Source of the DNA: Raja brachyura
Lineage: Eukaryota
Direction: 5' to 3'
DNA: 64,000 nt
NCBI GenBank assembly: GCA_963514005.1
Contig: OY740805.1
Span: forward strand, 42,160,001 to 42,224,000
Shown piece after piece: positions 12,071 through 23,744 of this stretch. Numbering within the stretch: the first letter of the stretch is position 1; each line of letters starts with the position of its first letter. The translations under genes and the position numbers were made by a program. The notes under the pieces are model-generated. The model worked only from the letters and a program-made list of their open reading frames with translations. It searched no databases and was not told the DNA's origin.

Positions 12071-12174
12071 GTAAACAAAATGCAGGAGAAACTCAGCAGG
12101 TGAGGCAGCACGAAATTTTGTTCAGACCTTTCGGTCCGAACGACAATAAAGGTAGCATTTCATTTTATTTCAGC

Positions 12175-12570
12175 ATCTATGGAGCGAAGGAAATAGGCGA
12201 CGTTTTGGGTCGAGACCCTTCTTCAGACTGATGTGAGGGTGGGGTGGACGGGAAGAAGAAAGGAAGAGGCGGAAACAGTGGGCTGTGGGAGAGCTGGGAA
12301 GGGGAGGTGAAAGCAGGGATTACCTGAAATTGAAGAAGTCAATGTTCATACCGCTGGGGTGTAAACTGCCCAAGCGAAATATCAGGTGCTGCTCCTCAAT
12401 TTACGGTGGGCCTCACTCTGGCCATGGAAGAGGCCCAGGACAGAAAAGTCGGATTCTGAATGGGAAGGGTAGTTGTAGTGCTGAGCCACCGGGAGATCAG
12501 GTTGGTTATTGCGGACTGAGTGGAGGTGTTGTGTGAAGCGATCGCCAAGCCTACGCTTCGTCTCACTGAG
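12175..12570 (-). mobile_element. Penelope-like element fragment (GIY-YIG endonuclease region)
   Basis: ETKRRLGDRFTQHLHSVRNNQPDLPVAQHYN is typical of the Penelope GIY-YIG C-terminal half. The associated GTCTGAAGAAGGGTCTCGACCCGAAACG motif recurs at ~1-50, 5770-6170 and 20500. Confidence 0.7.
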
Positions 12571-13365
12571 GTTGATCATCCACTGAATAATCCAACCACA
12601 ATTTTGTTTGGAAATGGAAAGAAATATTAGAAATTGAATTAATTGCAAAGTGTAAAAAGAGTTGAGATACTGTATTATAATTTTGCTGCATGCCATTGTG
12701 GTATATATCATGTCTTGATTGCTGGATATGTTTAGTTTGTGACTTTATTTGAAGCAGAAATAATATGTGAATGCTTCATTGAGCATAATTCCGACTAGTA
12801 ACTACGCACTTTGTCCGAGCACATTATTGCACGCGTCATGCAAGCCGTCTTAAATGACCACCTAAACTGTCATTTGGCAACTTAAAAAGCTGCCAAGGTT
12901 GCACGGCTAACAACAGGGAAAAAAAGTGAGAGCCCTGCAAGTTGTATAATATTTTTGACACTGTCAAAGGCCTTTCTTACATATGCTGTCACAATGCACT
13001 GTAGTCTCTAAACAATGCTTCAGTAATTTTCCTTGCCCTCCATTTCAGAATAATATTGTTTTAAGCCGATAACTCGACACTAGCACTGGCAATAAATAAA
13101 TAAAGCACAGCTTTCCTGCCCCTCATCTCATTGCAAATGCTCGGCTGCAAATCGGTGTCAATCTGGTGGACCATCTTCCTCTAGTCGTGGGGGTGGGGGA
13201 TTGGGAGGGGCCTCACAAGTGGAACAGCCTAGGGCCTCTCTTCATCTAAATCCGGCCCTGGGCCCCGGCGTCCTCTGCTGCTCGCTGGCCCGGCACACGG
13301 AAAGCCCTTTCCATGTCAAGATACACATGTAACAATTGTTTTCACCGATTACATCCAGATTGCAG

Positions 13366-14897
13366 GATTTGGACTATAACCATATAACAATTACAGCACG
13401 GAAACAGGCCTTCTCTGCCCTTCCAGTCTGTGCCGACCATTTATTTTCCCCTAGTTCCATCTACCTGCACTCAGACCATACCCCTCCATTCCCTTCCCAT
13501 CCATATACCTATCCACTTTACTTTTAAATGTTAAAATTGATCCTGCCTCCACCACTTCTGCAGGAAGATCATTCCACACAGCCACCACTCTCTGAGTAAA
13601 GAAGTTCCCCCTCATGTTGCCCCTAAACTTCTGTCCCCTAATTCTCATGTCATGCCCTCTTGTTTGAATCTTCCCTACCCTCAATGGGAAAAGCTTATCC
13701 ACGTCAACTCTGTCTATCCCTTTCATCATTTTAAAGACTTCAATCAAGTCCCCCCCTTAACCTTCTGCGCTCCAAAGAATAAAGACCTAACTTGTTCAAC
13801 CTTTCTCTGTAACTTAGTTGCTGGAACCCAGGCAACATTATAGTAAATCTCCTCTGTACTCTCTCTATTTTGTTGCCATCCTTCCTATAATTAGGCGACC
13901 AAAATTGTACACCATACTCCAGAATTAGTCTTACCAATGCCTTGTACAATTTTAACATCACTTTACTACTCCTATATTCAATGCTCTGATTTATAAAGGC
14001 CAGCACACCAAAAGCTTTCTTTACCACCCTATCTACATGCGATTCCACTTTCAGGGAACTATGCACAGTTATTCCTAGATCCCTCTGTTCCACAGCATTC
14101 CTCAATTCCCTACCATTTACCATGTATGTCCTATTTTGATTTGTCATGCCAAGATGTAGCACCTCACACTTATCAGCATTAAGCTCCACCTGCCATCTTT
14201 CCGCCCACTCTTCCAAATGGCCCAAATCTCTCTGTAGACTTTGAAAATCTACTTCATTATCCACAGCACCACCTATCTTAGTATCATCTGCATACTTATC
14301 CAATTTTCCACCCCATCATCTAGATCATTGATGCACATGACAAACAACAGTGGACCCAACACAGATCCTTGAGGCACCCCACTGGTCACCGGCTTCCAAC
14401 CTGACAAACAGCCATCCACCATTACTCTCTGGCATCTCCCATTCAGCCACTGTTGCATCCATCTTGCTACTCCGCCATTAACACCCAAAGATTGAACCTT
14501 CTTAACCAACCTTCCATGGGGAACCTTGTCAAAGGCCTTACTGAAATCCATATAGACAACATCCACTGCTTTACCCTCATCAATTTCCCTAGTAACCTCT
14601 TGAAAAAATTCAAGAAGGTTTGTCAAACTTGACCTTCCAGGCACAAATCCATGTTGACTGTTCTTGATCAGACCCTGTTTATCCAGATGCTTATATATAT
14701 TATCTCTAAGTATCCTTTCTATTAATTTGCCCACCACTGATGTCAAACTAACAGGTCTATAATTGCTAGGTTTATTCTTTGAAGAATAAACCTGGCCGTG
14801 ACTCTGGCCCTGGATCCGCTTGGAGGAAAGCACCACGCAAGGAGTACATGTGGTGTGTAAGTCCGATGGATGGTTTCCAAGCCGGAGATACGTTGGG
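13366..14897 (+). pseudogene. Butyrophilin IgC exon copy 1, split by a CR1 and 3'-truncated
   Basis: Acceptor ttgcAG|GATTTGGACT at 13366. The remainder (GGCCCTGGATCCGCTTGGAGGAAAGCACCACG...GGATGGTTTCCAAG) resumes at ~14800 and then joins the intron preceding IgV copy 2. Confidence 0.8.
13376..14785 (-). mobile_element. CR1 LINE (RT domain to 3' tail)
   Basis: ORFs 14273-14836, 13740-14303 and 13451-13747: [40 protein letters not shown]. Confidence 0.92.
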
Positions 14898-15047
14898 GGT
14901 GGATTGAAAGACTAAGAGTAAAGTATCCAGACCAATGACATTTGGAAGAGTTCCAAACTATAACAAAATAATCACATTTGCTTTCTTTAAATCGCCAGCA
15001 GGAAAGATTCTACAAATATTCTGAAGCTTAACCATTGTATTTTCTAG

Positions 15048-15395
15048 AGGAGTTCGCTGTGATTGTGCCGGACTATCCGGTGGTGGCCATGGTGGGTGGA
15101 GATGCCGTGTTGGAATGTCAGAAGGTACCGGATACATCACTGGACGCTCTGGAGGTCCGATGGTTTACAACGAGCCCGGGGTCACCTGTACATTTATACA
15201 CCGGCGGCCAGGACCGAGCTGAGGTGCAGGACGGGGCTTACCGAGGGAGGACGGAGCTTATTCGGGAAGAGTTTCCCCGTGGAAACGCATCGCTTAAACT
15301 GAAGAGGGTCAAAGTATCAGATGCTGGAATGTACACGTGTTCCATCAGCACCCCCACGTCCAGTCACCAGGCGGCGCTGCGGCTGCAGGTTGAAG
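15048..15395 (+). CDS. Butyrophilin IgV exon copy 2, intact
   Basis: ttttctAG acceptor and GTGAGT donor. 348 bp, phase 1/1. EEFAVIVPDYPVVAMVGGDAVLECQKV...LEVRWF...VHLY...YRGRTELIREEFPRGNASLKLKRVKVSDAGMYTC...LRLQVE carries the canonical BTN/MOG V-set motifs. Confidence 0.92.
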
Positions 15396-16023
15396 GTGAG
15401 TCCCTATGGAGGCATAGAGTTCACACCAGGGTTTACACCGGGAATGTCAGTAAGCTGCCCCCCAGACTGGGATTTTACTGGGAAGGTCAAGGGTTACTGA
15501 CAATGTTGACCGCTGCCTCGGCACAGGCTGGGAGTGACACGGCCTGGAACGGAATGGCAGCGGCGAGGTTGTGTGTAGGAAGGAACTGCAGATGCAGGTT
15601 TACACCGAATGTAGACATAAAATGCAGGAGTAACTCCGCGGGACAGGCAGCATGTGTGGAGAGAAGGAATGGGTGACGTTTCGGGTCGAGACCCATCTGA
15701 AGACAGAGAAACATGGGAGAGGGAGTCTAGAGATATGGAAGGGTAAGGTGCGAAAAAGATGAATCAAAGGGGACGCGGTTCAAGTAAAATGTAGAACAGA
15801 TCATTGTTAGCTGAAGGGGAAGGTGACAACGAGGCGATAGGGCGGTAACGCGGCGGTACCCGGTCACCCAACCAATGATCGTTGGAGTTCCCACCGCTGC
15901 TCTTTCTGTGCCTCTTCAGGCCCCGGCGTCATCAGCTGCTCACTGACCCAGCACACGGAAAGCCCTTTCCATGCCGAGATACATGTGTAACTATCGTGTT
16001 TACCGATTACATTCCGATTGCAG

Positions 16024-17249
16024 TTTGAACATCGGGCCAATAGATCTGTGGATGACACAGTCAACCTGGGCCTGCATTTCATCATCCAGCACCTAGACTG
16101 CCAGGGGACCTATGCGAGGATTTTGTTTGTGGATTTTAGAACTGCATTCAACACCATTGTGCCAGAGCTACAAATTCTCCAAATTGACTGTGCCTGAATC
16201 CCTCCATCAGTGGATCAGCAGCTTGTTGACAGACAGGAAGCAGCATGTGAGGCTGGAAAAGCACATTTCAGCCCCGCAGACCCTCAGCATAGGAGCACCT
16301 CAAGGCTGCGTACTCTTGCCTCTCCCCGATTCTCTCTACACCAATGACTGCACCTCCACAGACTCCTCTGTCAAGCTTCTCAAGTTTGCGGACGACACAA
16401 CCCTGATTGGACTGATCCAGGATGGGGAGGAATCTGCCTACACACAGGAAGTGGCACAGCTGGTGTCCTGGTGCCTTCGTAACAACTTGGAGCTCAATGC
16501 TCTTAAGACGGTGGAATTAATTGTAGACTTTAGGAGAGCTCCCCCTCCCCTCACACCACTCACCATCAACAACACCACAGTCACATCTGTGGAGTCCTTT
16601 ACATTCCTGGGAACCATCATCTCCAAGGGCCCTAAATGGGGGGGCCATCATCGACTCGACAGTCAAAAAGGCCCAAAAGAGGATGTACTTCATGCGGCAG
16701 CTGTGGAAGCACAATCTGCAACAGGCAATGATGGTCCAATTCTATGATGGTCCTCACCTTCTCCATCATGGTCTGGTTTGGCTCAGCCACTAAGCCCGAC
16801 ATCCGGAGGCCGCAGCGAATCGGTCGATCAGCTGAGAAGGTAGTTGGCTGCAACCTTCCCTCCGTTGATGAACTGTACACTGCAAGGGCCAGGAAACGAG
16901 CGGGTAAGATCATCTCTGATGCCTCTCACCCTGGCAACAAACTCTTTGGTTCACTTCCCTCTGGAAGGCGACTGCAGACTGCCAAAGCTGCAACAGCCAG
17001 ACATAAAAACAGCTTTTTTCCATGAGTAGTAGCTCTACTCAACAACCAAAAATCTGTAGCCTCCTTTTGCTCTGGTATTTTATTTAATGCACATGTTTAT
17101 GATAATGTGTTATTATTAATGTTTAATGTTTTTTGTGTCATTCCTAACTGTCACTGTATGGCATGTTGTCACTTGTGGGCGGAGCACCAAGGCAAATTCC
17201 TCGTATGCGAATACTTGGCCAATAAACATATTAATTCATCCATTCATTC
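16024..17249 (+). mobile_element. Rex1/Babar (L2-group) LINE, 5'-truncated, inserted in the IgC splice acceptor
   Basis: GAPQGCVL, KLLKFADDTTLIGLI and LNALKTVELIVDFRR motifs. (CATT)n tail. TSD ATTGCAG at 16017-16023 and 17250-17256. Confidence 0.88.
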
Positions 17250-17256
17250 ATTGCAG

Positions 17257-17530
17257 GATTTGGCCTCCGGCCCTGGATCCGCTTGGAGGAAAGCACCACG
17301 CAAGGAGTGCGTGAGGTGTGGAAGTCGAATGGATGGTTTCCCAAGCCGGAGATATGGTGGCTGGATGGGAGTGGACAAGATGTCTGACACACTGTTCACT
17401 GAGGACTCCAGCGGGCTGATCACTGTCCACAGTCACATCGATGTCACAAGTGATTCTGTGAACAGGTATTCCTGTTTCATACGAAGTAGGTCAACGGGGA
17501 AAACACGAGAGGCCCATCTCCAGATATCAG
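17257..17530 (+). pseudogene. Butyrophilin IgC exon copy 2, frameshifted
   Basis: 274 bp versus 285 bp for the intact paralog at 334-618 (11-bp deletion near 17383). The first Ig Cys is changed to Trp (VVCKS to EVWKS). GTACGT donor at 17531. Confidence 0.88.
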
Positions 17531-18346
17531 GTACGTGGGAACCTGGGAAACATTCTACAAAAGCAAGTTCTGAACTAACTTTTTCTGCGCAAAAGGCATT
17601 AACGTTCGAGTGGACCCACCAGCACTCTGCTGCTCTGGTCTCATTCCCAAGGCGCAGCTTTTCTTCTTTGAGCCCAGAGGGTTTCCTGGCAGAAGAACTA
17701 TCGGATACCACAAATAGACACAAAGTGCTGGAATTATGTTGCGGGTCAGGGAGCATCTCTGGTGAAAAAGGATGGGTGACGTTTCAGGTCGGAACCCTTC
17801 TTCAGAGATGCTGCTTGACCCGCTAAGATACTCCAGCATTTTGTGAATAAACCAGCATCTGCAGTTGTTTCCTACACATTTTATCTGCGGCCACACCTGT
17901 CCACTGTCTACTCTCCACCCTCGTCCATCACATCTGTGTCCAGGTCTTTGGCCACTTCTCCATTTTGCGCTGCCACTGATATCTAACTGGCCATACACCA
18001 AACACATTAACATTACCTGATACATTGACCACCTTGGAAAGTGCATGACTTCTTTCTCAAGGCACGACATTAATATAAACGCTCATAGACAATGATTTAA
18101 TTCACCACTGTAATCTCCATTAGATCGACATTGGGTTTACTGCGTATAAACGAGGATTCTATGTGTCGAATTAGAGCCCCGGGTCTGCGGTGCTGTAGTA
18201 ATGGAATCTGAATCTGGCTTTCTTCCCTGCGGAGATGCTGCCTGACCCGCTGAGTAACTCCAGTATTCTGTGTCTATCCGGTATAAACCAGCATCTGTAG
18301 TTCCTTCCTGTTCCTTTTACTGATCTATTTTCATTCACCAATGTAG

Positions 18347-18466
18347 ATGAGTTATTTCCTAAAACCAACCCTTGGCTGCTGGTTTTCTGGGCGTTTGCGG
18401 CCCTCGTGGTTACGGCTGCTGCTTTCGATATAATGTTGCACAGAAAAGAAGATAAAATGATTAAAG
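18347..18466 (+). CDS. Butyrophilin transmembrane exon (TM-2)
   Basis: tgtAG acceptor and GTGAGA donor. 120 bp, phase 1/1. (D)ELFPKTNPWLLVFWAFAALVVTAAAFDIMLHRKEDKMIK has the BTN-type F-P-x-x-x-P-W juxtamembrane motif. Confidence 0.85.
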
Positions 18467-18639
18467 GTGAGAGCAAGATATGGTGCCGCGTTATTGCATT
18501 CAGAAAGTTTATAAAACGTTTATATTTTGTACACAATTTAGCATCCACACAAACGTTAGATTTGATCACAGCTCCGTAGTTTGACGCACCCCGCATGGTC
18601 GGCTGTTCTGGAGCGGTAGATCGCATGGGATCCAAGAAG

Positions 18640-19760
18640 CGATAGCTGAATGGATAGCAAATTGGCTTCATGGAAGGAAGCAGAGGGTAATGGTGGAAGA
18701 TTGCTTCTGGGACTGGAGGCCTGTGACTACTGGAGTGCCTCAGGGTTCGGTGCTGGGCCCGTTACTGTTTGTCATCTACATCATTGGTTTGGATGAGAAT
18801 ATACGGATGAGAGGCCAGTTCATTGGCTATATTTAAGAGGGAGTTAGATGTGGCCCTTGTGGCTAAAGGGATCAGGGGGTATGGAGAGAAGGCAGGTACG
18901 GGATACCGAGTTGGATGATCAGCCATGATCATATTGAATGGCGGTGCAGGCTTGAAGGGCCGAATGGCCTACTCCTCCACCTATTTCTATGTTTCTATGT
19001 GTATGTTTCTATACATGGCAATGTTAGCAAGTTTGGTGAAGATACAACAGTGGGTGGTTTTGCAGATAGTGAAGATGGTTGTGAAACATTGCAGGATCTG
19101 GATCGATTGGCCAGGTGGGCTGAGGAATGGTTGTTGGAATTTTATACCGCGAAAAGTGAGGTGTTGCATTTTGGGAAGTCTAACGTGGGCAGGACCTACA
19201 CAGTGAATGGCAGGGCTCTTCTCTCTGGAGATGTCGTAGAGCAGAAGGATCTAGAGTACAGATGCATGTTATAGGAAAGATGTTGTCAAGCTGGAAAGGG
19301 CACAGAGAAGATTAACGAGGATGTTGCCAAGACTAGAAGGTCTGAGCTATAAGGGGAGGTTACGTAGGCTGGGAGGACAAGAGTTGATCTTATAGAGGTG
19401 TACAAAATCATGGGAGGAATAGATCCGGTGGAGGCAAACGCCCAGAAAACCAGCAGCCAAGTGTTACAAATTAACTCATCTACGCAGAGATTCTTGCCCA
19501 GAGTAGGTGAATCGAGGACCAGAGGTGAAGCTGAAGGGGACAATAATTCATTGGAATCTGAGGGAAAACCTTTTTCACACAAATAGTGGTGGGTGTATGG
19601 TAGAAGCTGTCAGAGGAGGTTGTTGTGGCTGGGACTATCACAACGTTTCAGAACCAGTTACAGGTACATGGATAGGACAGGATTGGAGGGATATGGGCCA
19701 AACGCAGGCAGATACGATTAGTGTAGCTGGGTCATGTTAGCCGGCGTGGGCAAGTTGGTT
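18640..19760 (+). mobile_element. Old CR1 fragments with a nested younger CR1 3' tail (~18812-19000)
   Basis: [15 protein letters not shown] and EVLHFGKSN motifs; (TTTCTATG)n tail. Confidence 0.75.
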
Positions 19761-20519
19761 CAACGTGTTACAGACACAGGCAGATGGGATTAGTGCCGGC
19801 ACAAGGAGATTCTAGGACGGCGCTGTGGAGCAGCGGTAGAGTTGCTGCCTTGTAGCGCTAGAGACCCGAGTCAATCCTGATGCTGATTGTATGGAGTTTG
19901 TACGTTCTCCCGGTGACCGCGTGGGCTTTCTCCGGAGCTCCAGTTTACTCCCACTCCCAAAGACCAGCGATCTCCCCACCTTAACACTATCCGATACCCA
20001 CTAGCGACACTTTTTACATTTACCAAGCCAATTAACCTACAAACCCGTACGTCTTTGGAATGTGGGAGGAAACCGAAGATCTCGGAGAAAACCCACGCAA
20101 GTCAGTCCGCCTAGACATACCTGATCTCCCGTTGCTAAAAACTTTAACTCCCCCTCCTGTTCCCACATTGATGTTTCTGTTCTGGGCGTCCTCCATCTTC
20201 AGAGTGAAGCTCGACGGAAGTTGCAGGAACAGCATCTCAGCTTTCATTTGGGCAGCTTACAATATTGACTTCTGTAACTTCAAGTAACCTTGCTTTCCCT
20301 CTCTCTCCATCCCTCCCTCTTCCGAGTTCTCCGACCAGTCCGACTGTCCCCCAGATTAAATCTTATCTCTGTATGTTTCGTTGTCACATTCTCCTGGCTA
20401 ACAATTATCTATTCTACATTTCCTTGATCTGCATCCCATTTCATCTCCCGTTTTCACACCTCACCCTTCCTTATCTCTTGTTTCCGTCTCCTCTGACTCT
20501 CAGTCTGAAGAAGGGTCTC

Positions 20520-21950
20520 CAATGTTCTGGATCAGTTCATGTGGACTGGAGGGTAGCCACTTTTTAAGAAAGGAGGGAGAGAGAAAACGGGGAATTATAG
20601 ACCAGTTACTGTAGACTTACATCGGTAGTGGGGAAGATGTTTTGAGTCGATTATTAAAGATATTACAGCTGCGCATTTGGAAAGCAGTGACAGGATCGGT
20701 CAATGTCAGCATAGATTTATGAAGGGGAAATCATGCTTGACTAATCTTCTGGAATTTTTGAGGATGTAACAAGTAGAATGGATAAAGGAGAGCCAGTGGA
20801 TGTGGTGTATTTGGACTTTCATAAAGCCTTTGACAAGGTCCCGTACAAAAGATTAGCGTGCAAAATTGGAGCACATGGTATTGGGGGTAGGGTATTGATA
20901 TGGATAGAGGAACGGTTAGCAGACAGGAAGTAGGGAGTAGGAATTAATGGGTCCTTTCCAGAATGGCAGGCAGTGACTAGTAGGGTGCAGCAAGGGTCGA
21001 TGCTGGGAGCCCAGTTATTTACAATATATATAACCGATTTAGACGAGGGAATCAAATGTGACATCTCCAAGTTTGTAGACGACACAAAGCTGGGTGGCAG
21101 TGCGAGATGCGATGAGGATGACATGAGGCTGCAGGGTGATTTGCAGGATAGGTTGAGTGAGAGGACAGATACATGGCAGATGCAGTATAATGTGGATAAA
21201 TGTGAGGTAATCCACTTTGGTGGCAAGAAAAGGAAGGCAGATTATTATCTGAATTGTGTCCGATTAGGAAAAGGGAAGGTGCAAGAAGACCTGGGTGTGC
21301 TTGTACATCAGTCACTGAGAGTAAGCATGCAGGTACAGCAGACAGTGAAGAAAGCAAATAGATTGCTGCCCTTCATTGCGAGAGGATTTGAGTTTAGGAG
21401 CAAGGAGGTCCTACTCTTGTTGTACAGGGCCCTGGTGAGACCACTTCTGGAGTACCGTGTACAATTTTACTCTCCTAATTTGAGGAAGGACATTCTTGCT
21501 ATTGAGGGAGTGCAGCGTAGGTTCACCAGGTTAATTGCCGGGATGGCGGGACTGACATATGATGAAAGAATGGGACGGCTGAGCTTGTATTCACTGGAAT
21601 TAAGTTGGTTGAGAGGGGATGTTATCGAAAGAAAAAAAAATCTTCAAGAATTGGGCAGGCTAGATGCAGGAAACATGCTCACGATGTTGGGGAAGTCCAG
21701 AACCAGGTGTCACCGTTTAACAATAAGGGGTAGACCATTTAGGACAGAAATGAGAAATTTGTGAAACTGTGGAATTTTCTATCACCGAAGGCAGTGGAGG
21801 CCATTCCATCGGATGTTTTCAAGGCACTTCGATTTAGCAATTAGGGCTAGAGGAATCAAGGGTTATGGGGTAAATGCAGTAATTGCGTACTGATTTAAAT
21901 GATCAGCCACGATTATATGGAATAGCGGAGCAGGCTCAAAGGGCCGAATA
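20520..21950 (+). mobile_element. CR1 LINE ORF2 fragment
   Basis: ORF 20973-21764 (FTIYITDLDEG...SKFVDDTKLGG...RPLLEY). Confidence 0.9.
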
Positions 21951-21954
21951 TCAA

Positions 21955-22725
21955 TAGACAATAGACAGTAGGTACAGGAGCAGGCCATTAGGCCCTTCGA
22001 GCCAGCACTGCCATTCGTACAAATATAGAAAATACGTGCAGGAGGAGGCCATTTGGCCCTTCGAGCCAGCACCGCCATTCATTATGATCATGGCTGATTG
22101 GCCGCTATCAATAACCCATGCCTGCCTTCTCCCCATATCCCTTGACTCCAAAACCCACAGGTCCCTGGAGCTCTATCCAACTCTCTCTTAAATCCATGTG
22201 ATCAAGGCTGATCATCCCCAATCAGTACCCCATTCCTGCCTTCTCCCCATATCCCCTGACTCCGCTATTTTAAAGAGCCCTATCTAGCTCTTTCTTGAAA
22301 GCATCCAGAGAACCTGCCTCCACTGCCCACTGAGGCAGAGAATTCCAGAGACTCACCACTCTCTGTGAGAAAAAGTGTTTCCTCGTCTCCGTTCTAAATG
22401 GCTTATTCCTTATTCTTAACCTGTGGCCCCTGGTTCAGGACTCCCCCAATCGGGGACATGTTTCCTGCCTCTAGTTTGTCCAAGCCCTAAACAATCTTAT
22501 ATGTTTCAATGAGATCCCCTCTCATCCTTCTAAACTCCAGAGCGTACAAGCCCAGCTGCTCCATTCTCTCAGCATATGACAGTCCCACCATCCCGGGAAT
22601 TAACCTTGTAAACCTATGCTGTACTCCCTCAATAACAAGAATGTCCTTCCTCAAATTAGGGGACAAAAACTGCACACAATACTCCAGGTGTGGTCTCACT
22701 AGGGCTCTGTACAACTGCATAAGGA
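21955..22725 (-). mobile_element. Stacked CR1 3' fragments
   Basis: ORF 22487-22744 (LYRALVRPHLEYCVQF) and repeated 3' UTR segments. Confidence 0.8.
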
Positions 22726-23512
22726 ATATCCTATTCCTGCGCATATTTGTCTATGTTTCTCAGACCTGAAATTCACCCATTCCTTCTCTCCAGTGATGCT
22801 ACCTGCCCGCTGTTACTCCAGCATTTTGTGTCTATCTTGAATCACTGAGGTGTCCTTTGAAGTACAATGGCCATTCATGAAGTCAGAAGAGATAAGTTGG
22901 TGTAATCACCACAAGCTCTCTCCGAGCAACGACCTGGCCCTGTTGTTTGAGAAAGGTCTGATCAAGTATAAACATTAGCATGAGAGCCCTAATGGCACTG
23001 TTGTATATTCCACATTGGTGTGACAAAACCCACAGGTTTACGACTGGGCCAACTGAAGGCTCCTCTGGTGGTTTCCTCGGCTCAGCACCGCAGCGACAGC
23101 TGGAGTTACGACTCGAGTTGCTGAAGCTCAACATTGCGACCGAGGCGAGAGGAGAAAACCTCACTGAGCCACAGCAGATGGTGCAGAAAGGAAGTGGGAA
23201 AATCCCATTCACACAACCCGTGTGAAGGTTGTGGGATTCACGGCCTAAAGGGTGGAGCAAGAGCAAGCCTTGCCACATGGGGAAGGTTCTTGGAGGAAAT
23301 CTCGGTGCGCAGTGTCCTTGCGGTCATTTGCAGGTGGAGTTTGTCTCCATCACCGTCTCCTCCGGCTCTGGTGAATGTGGGGTCCTTGTGCCCCACCTCC
23401 TAGCGCAGTATCTCAATCCAGAGGGCACTGTGTGAATTGTGCTCTGTTTGTGCACAGCGTGGAACGTGCTGCCGGCCTCACTCACTGACATGTTCCTGCT
23501 TCTTGTTTTCAG

Positions 23513-23539
23513 AACTGCAGCTGTTTCTCTCTTTTGAAG
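23513..23539 (+). CDS. Butyrophilin cytoplasmic 27-nt mini-exon
   Basis: Strong pyrimidine tract ttcttgttttcAG and GTAAGA donor. 27 nt, phase 1/1, (E)LQLFLSFE. Exons of 21 or 27 nt follow the TM exon in BTN genes. Confidence 0.65.
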
Positions 23540-23744
23540 GTAAGATATTTCGGAGACAACAGAGGAACAGGCCATTCGGCCCAAACTGTCTGATTATGAG
23601 TTCCCGCGGTAGGTATCAAAGGTATGAGGTGATGAGGTGAGAGGACGATGTGTGCAGGGATCTGAGGAGTGATGTTTTAACACAGGGAATGGTTTTGATA
23701 TCTGAATCATGCTATCAGAGAATGTGGCGAATCCAGATACTGAA

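Noticed and set aside
22860-23460. Several overlapping 70-130-aa ORFs in apparently unique sequence
   Set aside because: No recognisable motifs or convincing splice-site pairs; treated as intron.
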